Shown here piece by piece: positions 13,976 to 25,330 of a stretch of 64,000 bases of DNA (its first letter is position 1; every line of letters starts with the position of its first letter). This DNA comes from Lingula anatina (Eukaryota > Animalia > Brachiopoda), in assembly GCA_051362555.1 (NCBI GenBank), contig CM120648.1, forward strand, positions 7,746,587 to 7,810,586, given 5' to 3'. The notes beneath the pieces were generated by a model. It did no database searches, had not been told where the DNA came from, and saw only the letters and a list, made by a program, of their open reading frames with translations. Position numbers and translations under genes: made by a program.

Positions 13976-16900
13976 ACGTGTTATTCGTACAATGTAGCCT
14001 ACATCTACGTGTTATTCTCCTGTTGACACACGGGCTGCAACAATGAGATCCAAAGTGAATCCAGGCGCATTATCGAAATTAGATAAATTAGCCGCATAGC
14101 CTTGCACAATTTGGACAATTTTTCAAAAACCGTTGGCACCCCTCCCCGATACCTGTATATATATTAAGCCTCTCTCTCATGTCCCACTTGAAGTTCCGGT
14201 AAAACTTGAAAGAGGCGTTTTATTTGTCCAAGCATAAGTGATGTATCGATAAATTCGCTTTTATGGTACGATTAAAAGAAAAGACGGTATCAAGTTAGAT
14301 GGTTTCAACCTGATTGAACATGCCCCTTGACTACCCACAGTTTTCTAATCCATAGTTGCGACGCCACGCTCAGGAAACCCTCAAGGAACTGTCTTTTTAA
14401 GTGAGTTGACCTATAAAATGTTTTGAGATTCCACCCGTCGAAACATATAACCTTATTCAAACGATCATCTTGGGCATACGTGTTGATACAATATCAAGAT
14501 CTTAACAACATTTTATTCTGCGATCTCCGTACTTGTACATGAAACTCGTTAAATGAACACACGTACATGTACATCACTATTCAAGAAAATCCACGAAGTG
14601 CAGGCACTAACACTGTCGTACAATGTAGAAGTACATTAAGGCTGTTTGTAATTTCCACCCAAGCGGTCGTTAAGCCGCCGATATGAGGTGAATTAAATGG
14701 AATAACAACGCCTTCCCAATTATTTTCCTTCTCATTTAGAATATGCGTCGTCTTAAAGACGTTTTTATTATAAAAAGGTAGCGCTGCTTTTTTCAATTAA
14801 CATATGCACAAGTGTTAGATAAAAAACGTTATTTGGTTTACCTGGGGTATTCAGTTCGCTGTTCAGGTGGTCGGTATTAGATCAGCTAGAAAAGAAATCA
14901 TCTCTCACATTTTTCCTCTTCAAATCGCCCTGGAATCTCATGAAATACAGAGTTGCATGTACGTGCATCGGTATGCAGTCAAAGGTTAAATACCTTTTTG
15001 CGGTTTTATCCGATGCAAATAACTCACTGTTTTGCAAATCGGAATCGCTGTTATTAGTTAGCAGTCGGGATGCTAATAAATCGACATATAATTTCCGTTT
15101 CTCTTGAAAATAACGTCGAATGTTCCCCAAAGCACATTTAGATTGCAGTTAAGAACATCATGCCAATTAAAAAACGTTTCTCCGAAATGGATGGGCATGC
15201 GCATACCGGTAGACGCGATGGGCCTAATCACGCTACGAGCTATCAACTTAGCTTTAAGGTTTATTTAAAGTGAAATTGTAAAAACAGATTCATAAATGTT
15301 TGCCTACAAAGACGCGCGTGAAGATCACCGAACCGAATCAAGTTTGTATAAAATAGCCTTCGAAGAGTAATTTTTTGTAGTGGTAGATAAAGCACAAGGT
15401 TAGGTCATCTCGTCTAAGAGGACATCAAGTCGCCAAAGTTAATAAATATACATGTGTAAAGGGCAAAGTGGATCAACAAACATTGAGAAAATGATATTTG
15501 AATGACAATGAAAAGAATAAAAAACAGAAAAAGATATAAGACGTACCGAGTACATACAGTTAAGTATCGGATTTTCTTAATTTGTACTGGGGACACCATG
15601 GTGCTGGGAGTGATTTGGGCGCCAAGAGGCCTAAGTCAAGTCTATACCGTGGGTCCATATATTCAGTGCTCGGTTTCACAATAAATAAATAAATGAAAAT
15701 TAAATCTCATGTCTTCGTACTTAATTTAGTCTGCGTAAATTGCATAAGTGCATATCTGTTTTAAAGTCGACTTTGCGATACTGTTAAGGCAGCGATGGCG
15801 TCCGCAGCATATAAATTTAAAGGCGTCTGGTGGGGTTTATACTTTGAATTTTGTATCAGCTTATCCCACACTATTGACAGTCATTCAAATAGAAAGGAAC
15901 TCATCAAGCCCATTCAATAAAGGTATGGCGCACGCGCATGTTCAAGTAGCAGTGTGCACATGATTAGTTACATGTAGATTAATCACGTGACTTGTGCTTA
16001 GGGGAACACGTGACTGCCACGAGGCGAATGAATATGATTTAGATGACCGAGTGGAAGCAGAGTGGAATCCCTGTACTTGACTTCCCTATCGCAGTTTCTG
16101 AGGCCCCTATTTAAAATATTTAAGTACGCTAAACCTGGCTGAACGCATCCACAACTTTGGGGGACACGTCTTATTTATTTATACATTATTATCTGAAAAC
16201 TCCGAAAACTATTTATAGATTTACTTTGACCAAACGGTTTCAGATTTCTTGTATGTTAAAATGATCATTCATCAACAATTTGGTATATATTGAGGTCTTG
16301 CCTTGGTTCCACGGCAACAAGAAGACACTCCGATGTGTTTGTTGAGACAAGCCTTTTCAGGTAACAGCTACAACAATTTGTAACTGCAATTTATCGGTTG
16401 CATTTTTGCGCACTCCATGGCCATCTATCTAGTTTTACCACTGACTCTGTCAAACAAAATGAGAACAAGTTGATATTGTACTCCGAGAATACGCTCAATG
16501 AGACAAGCATGGCGACATCTCATCCTTGTATGCATTTAATTGAAAAGTTATACGAGGTTTGTGTTATTTTAGCAATATATGGCGTCGTGTGTGTTTTAGC
16601 ACGTGTTCGCGTTTGAAAGTAGATGTAGGTGTGTGTATGGGGTTTAGATGCGTGCACATGCGTGTATATACACGTACGCATGTGTGGGTGTACTAGTAAA
16701 TGTGCATGTGTTTGTTCGAGCATGTCTTAGTGTGCCCGTTATTTCTGCCAAATCTATATTTAGGTACTGACTAGCGAGAGACGGTTTGATTGTCTGTGAT
16801 TCAGGCTAATCCCGTTATCAAAACTTTGACCCCGTGGGTGAGAGGCGTGATATGTCTGTAACTGTAATATCTTACAGCCTAGTACTTGTGTTCTAAAAAT

Positions 16901-17370
16901 GATCATCAAACTGCAAAATCTGGAATAGGACAGGGATTGGTCGGAGAGCCGATAGCTCTGCACAGCAGGCTTTGCGAACTTGATGGTCCAACTTCAGAAT
17001 AACTAGTCGGTTGACAGCCGTAGACATTTCATACACCAAATAAATTATACAGACCGATCCCTATCCCCGCCCTTTGCAAAATTTAGTGACTGAATCAACC
17101 CCGTCAACGAAACAGCGGCAGCTGGAGGGATTGGACTGGAGTTATGATGATAATATCTCCCAACGCATTCACTTCCGAAAGAATCTAACTCATGCCATCA
17201 AAACATCAAGCTGTTTTTACAGCGGATCTCGGACTGAGCAAATCTTTTCAAGTGTGAGTGAGTGCTTGCGTGCGCACGTGTGTGTATGAGATCACGACTT
17301 GTAGCCTGATGATAACCTCTTGTAGACACTTTCTATGGCTAATACACTGTACGGTTCTGAACACCCCCCA

Positions 17371-17396
17371 GTGACGTCACGCCAACGTTGTATAAG
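17371..17396 (+). promoter_or_regulatory. Putative core promoter of the CCP/FBG/EGF gene: palindromic CRE plus TATA-like box
   Basis: GTGACGTCAC (17371-17380) followed by TATAAG (17391-17396), about 45 nt upstream of the ATG at 17438. Confidence 0.55.
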
Positions 17397-17437
17397 ACCC
17401 TTACTCCACCGGGTTGTAAAACAGATTATTCAAGAAG

Positions 17438-20400
17438 ATGGGACAACTACCAGCTGTTGTCATCCTAATACTTGGCATTGGGGCATTTGCTCACAGCGCC
17501 CGAGCTCAAAGTAAGTAAAATATAGCTGTATATCTTATATATCTGGACACAATATACGGCATTCGTTGTTGCAATTGTTACTATTGACTTATATCATATG
17601 GATAGCAGAATATTCAGGATAAAATTTAAGTAAGTAAATGAATGAGTAAAATGAATAAACGACATGCAAATCCCTTTTTTTGAAAAGACGAATAAATACA
17701 TTTGTGTTAAGTTTCATAAGGACATAACATTCAACAATGTAACGGATTATAGGGTTATGTCAACGTAAGAATATCAAAACTGTGGCAAGTTTAAACAACA
17801 AAGAGGATATTGATTCAACCACAGATAAACCACTACCGTAATAAATTATCATTTGATTGTTTATTATCCTATCGTTTCAACATTTTCAAACAGCTCTGCC
17901 GAGATGCCGGTCGCTGTACATACACAACGGCAAGCCGCTGCCGGAGACGGAAGCCGGTAAATACGGCCTGGTGGAGTGTAACCATGGCTTTACATTCGCT
18001 GATGGAGCCATCGCCAAACACATGTTCTGTGTTCGTCTCCCGGGAAGAAGTGTCGCCATTTGGGACGGCGTGACGCCTGATTGTGTTAACAGTGAGTTAC
18101 CATTTATCATCATTGCTGGGACTTTACATATGGTTCAAAACGAAGGGGGCGACTACATCTTTTCGAACGTAAAATCTGGATTAAGGGTTCATATAATATT
18201 TTATTGAACTGTTTATTGCGAAGGACAAGGCTGCTTGAAATAGCACGAATGACAACATGACACCATAGCCGGTCGGTAATCAGTTTAACGCTGATTAGCT
18301 AGCGGGACGTGACACTTAATTTGATGGGATGCCAAAGATGGTGTCATATGGAGTCGTTCCCAGGTCAACATGACCTGAAAGCAAGCAAAATCAGATTATC
18401 AAAATGCGTTGATTTTAAGGTCACCAGTCAAATAACCTTTTTAAAAGCAGTACTGCAATTTAATTACTATTTATCATTAAAATCAGATTATAAAAGTTCT
18501 ACTTTAAGGATTTAGTATGATGTTTTTAAATCACTGTTTGTTCGCTATTAGGCACGCTGCCCTTCAGCCCCCTACCTAAGAACCCAAAGACATGCAAAGA
18601 CGTGCAACAAGAGGGATCCACAGTTATTGATCCGGACGGAGATGGTCGTATCCAGCCCTTCACAGTAAACTGCATTCTTATTAACCAGGAAATGTGGACC
18701 GAACTTCGTAAGTGGACGATATTAAGCGACTGGCAGTTAGATTTATATTAAAATGACGTATCCAGGAAGAAAGACAAAGGGGCACATGCTCCTTTCCCTA
18801 AGATTTTGAGACACTTTTCCTCCTCCCACCCTCAATCCCAACTCCCAAAGAACAAAAGAGACAGGATTCAACAAGATGAAAACAAGACATCCATCCCGGT
18901 GCATAGTAGTTACATAGTGCATGCAATTATTAAACTGCCCTAAATTGTTTACGATTTTTATCTTTGTGCCCCCCCCCCCCAAACGTGCATCTGTATTCAA
19001 CTTATATAAACTTTTTAACTCGATAAGGTATGTTTGGAAAACAATTTGACAGACAATTCAAATGTGATTGTTGAGCATGCCGTAAAAAGGAATAGAAAAA
19101 AATAATCGTTTCCATCGTTGACTTGTAAAGGTAAAGTTTAAGCGATGGAACGTATATTATGAAAGGTTAAGGTCAGTTTTCCTCCATTGAAAAAGTGTTA
19201 ACGTTGCAGAAATGGTATTGAAAAAAAAAAAAAAAAAAAAAGGGGGGGGGGCGCGGAAAGAAAATAGTCAACTCTCTTAGATGTGAGAATTTAAACTTCT
19301 AATTTTGCATATCGTAGACCATAACCTGGCCAAAGACACCACCCTCAAGGGGCCAGGGAACATCGACCGTTACCTTAACGTGAATTACCCAGTGTCTAAT
19401 GACCAAATAGAAGCTCTAGTGACCACAGCTGGCCAGTGTAGGCAGTATGTCTCTGTCCGGTGCTATGAGATGTCCACGTTTAGTGGCCAGTACTGGTGGA
19501 AGTCAAGACAGGGATACGACATGGCTAACTGGGGCGGCGCGCCTACAAACAGCTCCAAATGCGCCTGCGCATTGTCGAAAAACTGTGCTGGAGGAAGGTA
19601 TTTGTTTCTTTGTGTTATTTTACGTTGCTCTTACTTACTTGGTAATATACAGAATTTCATGGAAATATGCTTAAATATATATACATACAGGTGAAGCACA
19701 TGCGTGTGACTAAATAATAAATAGCTCGACACAGCTCATCTTTTTATGCCATAAATAGAAATAGACTAAAAGAATTCTGCAAAGTCCACCGGTTCGCATA
19801 AATCACAAAAATGCAATATACACATGGTTTGTATCGTGTTGACTTGTACACTACATCTATTTACATATATTAAAATCGTTCCAGGCAGTGCAACTGCAAT
19901 TCAAACGACGGAGTCTGGCGAAGTGATTCCGGTTATCTTGAAGACAGCGCGTACCTCCCAGTGTCAAGCCTTCACATATATGACCTGGACGATAGTTCCG
20001 AGCAGTCAGTCGTTACCCTTGGGAAACTGCAGTGTTCCGGAGGTGGGAAAATTTATGATTAACGTTTTTTCAAAGACTTGAAAAAAATACCTGTGCTTAA
20101 CATTATATACAGTATACATAGTGTTGTTGGACTACATGTACATGTACCGGTAGGTCTCTTGGCACATTCATACGTGGTTTACTGCTATACGTTCATTCTC
20201 CGCCTCATTAAGAGCAATGGTTTTTGCCAATGTCATTTTGCATTTTTTTTATTAAAAGATTAAATAGCGGTGGGCGGCAATTACGGATTCAATGCTCACT
20301 CCATAACTTTTGCTACTTATTCAGCGTTCGTAAATATCTTGGCATAAAAGTTGAATTTATATCCCTTTTCTCTCGTTTAGCAAAGGACGCATGTACGTTT

Positions 20401-22960
20401 AACAATGGTAACTGCGCTCATAGCTGCACGGCAATTGGAGAACAAGCTGTATGTTCATGCAGAGATGGATACGTGCTAGCAGGCGACAAGTTCGGTTGTT
20501 TGGGTAAGATAGGTCTCTGAATAGCCCCGTGTGACATACCTAGAGGAAAAATAAGTTCTTGCTCTGTAGCTAAGGGAAATAACAGCATTATATTTTATGC
20601 ACAACCTAATATACATGTAGTTTTATAGTTTTGTTGCGTTTATTATATCTTGCATGTCGATCAAGCCATTAACTTTTTTGTTCTTGTTTCTTTCATTTTC
20701 TATTTGATATTCATTGGCAATGCCTTTTACCCTATCTATTTTTATTGTTTTCTTGAGAATCCGATTGATCGATCTATATATCAATACATTTATTAATAAA
20801 TCTATTTCAGACGTAGATGAGTGCAGTAGTTTCAATGGAGGGTGTGATCACGTGTGTTCTAACACAGTAGGTGGTTTCCAGTGTTCATGTAGGACAGGGT
20901 TCACACTGGACATCAACGGGTTTACTTGTACAGGTGGATGGTGTAATATTGGAAGTTAAAAGTTCATTTGCACTGAAATCGTTTTCCCCTTGACTATCTT
21001 TTAATTATACATGTACGCAGGACAAAAATTATGTTAAATTTAATATTTCATTTTAATGTTTATTTTTTATTATTTATTTATTTTATTTTGTTTATTTTAT
21101 TATTATTATTTTTTTACAAATCATGGTGTGAGTTGCTATTGTTGTGTAAGTGGGTTAGTTGAGGATAACGATGAAAATGAACCACTTATTGTCATATTAA
21201 GTTCCCCATTATAAGCAGGAAGCGGTATCTTCGAATTCGACACTGTTTTATCATTAGAAGCACTAGTATTTTAAAAATCAACCATTTAATTCTTCTCTCG
21301 TTTCAGATAATGATGAATGCATCCTGAACAAGGGAAACTGCTCCCACACCTGTTCCAACACTGAGGGATCTTACCGCTGTTCGTGCCCAACGGGTTATAC
21401 TCTGGGAAGTGACTTGCATACCTGTCAAGGTACGTCGACCAGGTCTTTGTTTAAAATAGGTGTAAGAAGGGCAACAAACATTAGATAATAAGCTTCAGGT
21501 TATCCAGAAAAAAGCGCAGGTCCCATTTTTTTATTCACTTTTATTATTATTTTTTGTCAAAAAGTACATATATATTCGTTATACTTTTTATAAGATAAAA
21601 TCATGTTTTTCTTTTCAGTAGCAATCTCCGGTGATACATATACTGTCATGAGAACATACTAAAGTTAAATCAAATTAATACAATGTTTATCGCGGACATT
21701 ACATATCATAAATGAATCAAGTAATATATGTTTATAAAAACACTTTATATTTAAGATGTGAACGAGTGTCAAACTGGAAATGGCGGCTGCGACCATTATT
21801 GCACCAATTCCCAGGGCTCCTATTCTTGCTCCTGTCGCCCCGGATACAAACTGGACTCTGATGGCCATACTTGCCTTGGTAATTGCTTCCTATAGTAAAT
21901 GGTTTTCAAGTGTTTTCGACTCTTAATGTTTTCCCTACCATAAAATATTACCTGAAATCAAGTCAGCATCACTAGGACACTTCCACGTTTGAAAGGTTTA
22001 CTTTTCATCTCTTAACTGATTTTTTTTCTCTGTCGTTAATGATAGCTGCGAAATGACTAAACATTTAATTAAAGCTTGTTTCTTTTTTTTTCATTTTCTA
22101 CATTCGAGCTTAACCCAACTATTTACTTTTCCAGAGTATATGTCCAAAAACACAACTAAAACGTAAGTATCACAAAAAAAAAACAAACAAACAAACAAAA
22201 AAAAAAAAAACGTCTGTATATATATACTGGTGAAATTTGCCCAGATATGACGTGCTTATGAATGCATCTTGGAATATATTGCCTAAACTTTCAACAAAAT
22301 ATTCGAAAACAATTCTAGGTCCTGATTTAAGCTTTTAAGAAGGAAATTTCATCACCATAAATTTCTTTATGATAAAATTTTGATAAATACCATATTTTTA
22401 GTTGCGAATGTCGTCTGCGCGCTGAACCACCCCACACCGGCCTTGGCACACATCTCTACGATGTCACCACACTCATTTACGGAGAAACACAACTCTGGGC
22501 CTCAGACGACGGTGGTCAGTCCGTCTATTCTGTTCTGAATAGATTCCCCAATTTCTACACAACCCATAAGAGGCAGGCGACAGGATATCCGGCGGCAGCG
22601 AGTGACGTCGATTGCGTGAAAGTGTTCCAGAACTGTCCACGCGATTGTGTGCGCATGACCCGCCTAATTCTTGGTAAAGAGAAACTGGGAATGAAAGTGG
22701 CAGGTGAGGTGTTTGGGAGATTAACAAATACAACGTTGGGCCAGAACATGTGTGACAAGCTTCGCCGGGAAATCGATTCGCCAGGACGAACAATAGCTAT
22801 CACTTACGATCCCCATGCCTGTGGCAACGAGGTTGTGACGTATCCGTTGTCCCAGAGACTGTGCTGCACCCTGGTGCCATCTCCCGTGGGTCATCTCCTG
22901 GCATGGAACTCCATGTGTGAGGACGGGGACACATTTTCCATAGGAAATATTATTGGCTAG
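17438..22960 (+). CDS. Secreted multidomain protein: signal peptide + CCP/sushi + Caspr/neurexin-IV-type fibrinogen-like domain + 4 EGF + unknown Cys-rich C-terminal domain (11 coding exons, ~647 aa)
   Basis: Hand-spliced exons, all GT-AG and phase-compatible: 17438-17510, 17894-18091, 18552-18707, 19318-19597, 19885-20042, 20381-20503, 20811-20933, 21307-21429, 21756-21878, 22135-22162, 22402-22960. Total 1944 nt, open to TAG. Begins [24 protein letters not shown] (signal peptide). Confidence 0.88.
17894..18091 (+). CDS. Exon 2: CCP/sushi domain
   Basis: CRSLYIHNG...VECNHGF...MFC...WDGVTPDC fits the four-Cys plus Trp sushi pattern; phase-1/1 exon flanked by cag and gtgagt. Confidence 0.85.
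18552..20042 (+). CDS. Exons 3-5: contactin-associated-protein/neurexin-IV-type fibrinogen-like domain
   Basis: TCKDV...[61 protein letters not shown]...[13 protein letters not shown] match motifs of the Caspr/Nrx-IV fibrinogen-like region (recalled family knowledge, no search run). Confidence 0.82.
20381..21878 (+). CDS. Exons 6-9: four 123-nt EGF exons, three with Ca-binding EGF consensus
   Basis: Each exon is 123 nt and phase 1/1. [54 protein letters not shown] and [27 protein letters not shown] carry the cbEGF D-x-[DN]-E-C and C-x-N-x4-[FY]-x-C-x-C pattern. Confidence 0.92.
22402..22960 (+). CDS. Terminal exon: ~185-aa Cys-rich domain of unrecognised family
   Basis: Open from the tag acceptor (22401) to TAG (22960), in phase with the 28-nt exon 22135-22162. 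CECRL...KRQATG...[13 protein letters not shown]...NMC...AC...RLCC...MC. Confidence 0.8.
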
Positions 22961-23024
22961 AGTGGCATCCAACGGCTCATCCCAACATCTGCTCATTAAA
23001 GAAAATTGTTCACAAACTGTAGCC

Positions 23025-23312
23025 TACCCGCACGAAAACGAAGTAGATACTCCAGCGCAGTAGACTACTGCAATCATGCTGCAAACATGCTTCAAATCTG
23101 CTTCGATGTGGGAGCTAATTAACATATTTGAAACATGCTTCTATCATGCTGCTAATCTACTGCATTTATGCTCCTCCTCTGTACAACCCTATGTAATTTT
23201 TGAAGTAGAATTGCAGTAGGCTATACTGCATTTCTACTGCAAATATGCTCCACACCACTACTGCGTTAATGCTTCTTTGCTACTTCCATTCTACTGCATT
23301 TTCTTGCGGGTA
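23025..23312. mobile_element. 288-bp MITE, copy 1 (TA-flanked CCCGCA...TGCGGG termini)
   Basis: TIRs tacccgcacgaaaa / ttttcttgcgggta; a near-identical inverted copy lies at 60661-60948. Confidence 0.85.
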
Positions 23313-25099
23313 TACTTATAAAATTCGTTATCATTGTATTGCGACTTCCATGTCGTAGCAAGGATGCACTTATTCATCATTTATTATTTTTCATATGTTA
23401 AAAACACTTAATGAAACAATTTTTACTATGGCATATGAAATGAACCCAACAGCCGAATTTCAAATTAAATAGCCATTGTCTATACTGGAATAAAAGGAAA
23501 CGAGTCAGCGATTCTACTTATTGTTTTCAGTATATTCATATTTAATTCATTTCAAGTTGTCACTTATTTGTTAAACGAATACCTTTGCAAAAATGTTTAA
23601 AATTAAAGTGTGGCGTTCCTGGAAGATAGTTGAAATGAGATTACCACAAAATACAAATATAAAACAACAAATATGACAACTCGATCATTTATTTAACAAG
23701 ACTCCAATTGAAATTACAAGTCACACACACAAAATGAATAATTAGATAAAAGACAAAGGATAATGCATGGTACAATAATTTAGACTCACGCTAAAGAGCT
23801 TAATGAGTATATGACCGAAAACTATACAGAAAGCAAACCAATGAACTGATTTATCTAAAGCCTGGGCCATACTGCGCATGCAACTATCTAGCGGCATGTT
23901 GTCGCAAGGAGTGACAGGAATATTAATGGTAGTCCTAAGAACGGAAGTACCAACCCTCACTTGCAACCTGATAGCAATCTTATACGACCACTTTAAAACC
24001 TACATGTATGACATCATTCCTGTGACTGAGACTGTTAAAAAGTAGCCAAAGGTTACAAGCGCAGTGTGACCTAGGCTTTAAAAACTAGTAAAACATCTAC
24101 ATTACTATCATTTTAGATTTCGGTTCAATTAATGGAGCAATTAATATACATGCAATATAACCTAGTATACACGTTAATATAGTTTTTTAATAATATAACC
24201 TTGTTTTGTATATTGTATCCTATACATCCAAATATATTTGTTTATGCCGAACATCCGTAGGCCTTAAAGAATGAATGACAATACCAGTACACTCTTGGTA
24301 AAAAAACTAGCCCTACTACGTTTTACCTCCAGCGGTCCGCCGTCTGTATTGATATTGTTTGTACATGCCACGCAAAATCAAATCATTTGTACAATGTTAA
24401 AACTATAAATATATACTGATTATCAGTGCACTTACAAAGAGTGTCTTTTGTGTATTGTGGTTCATGTAGCTGTTTTATAAGTCACTGGAAGATCCAGGTG
24501 TTGTATACGATCCATAAATAAACTACATGTACGAGTACATAGCTTTTAGTTTGTCTTAAAAACTTAACCATGGTTTCAACTTTTGACAAAACCCAGGAGG
24601 GAAATAATTTTTAATCTGCATTTTCAAGAAAAGGTTTTTGGTTAAACAACAGCAAATATGATTATAGAAATCAGTAACATACCTCAACTGCCTTTAACTA
24701 AAACACGAAGGAGAATCAAGGGAGTGATTGGATATATCTGGGTATTCTAATGGCCCCTTTCTTAAAAAGCATACATAATTCAATTCTGCCCTGTATACTC
24801 GTTTTTGTTTTGTAACTCAGAAAAAAATATACACTAAAAACTTAAAACAACACATTAGATGCAGAAGAAAGCAGTGGCTTAATGTGAACAAAGTACAGGG
24901 AAACTAAATAAATCAAAACAGAAACCATAAAGTTTTAGTAAATCCTACAAACGTGCATCAAATTTTAAGAAATTTACTGGATTTCACCTTATTAATGTGC
25001 AAGATCATTCCTCAGAGTTTCAATTATCTCGCTTCCTTTGCTCAAAAGTTATATTGTTTTTTAAATATGCTCTTAATTACCGTACAATAGAAGCACATT

Positions 25100-25300
25100 T
25101 GAAGACGCCGCAAAAATCATCAATTTTTTCAACACTAGCCTCTTTCGCGATTTCCCTAATTTTAACTGTATTTCTGCTTGCAGTTCATCAGTTGTTTGAG
25201 TTTGCTCTGGTACATGTTAACACTATCCTTGAGATACCCCAACAGATAAAAATCTCAGGGGGAGGGGAGTCAAGTTCGATGGATGAGGTGCCCACTCAGT
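25100..25300 (-). pseudogene. Mariner/Tc1-type transposase fragment in the putative TNFR 3' UTR
   Basis: Minus strand gives a degenerate EWAPH...DFYLLGYLKDSV...YQSK.QTTDELQAEI, resembling the WxxxSPDLxPxDFxLWGYLKxxVY motif. Confidence 0.6.
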
Positions 25301-25330
25301 GTCACATTTCCTAGGTTTTTAGCGGAGTTA

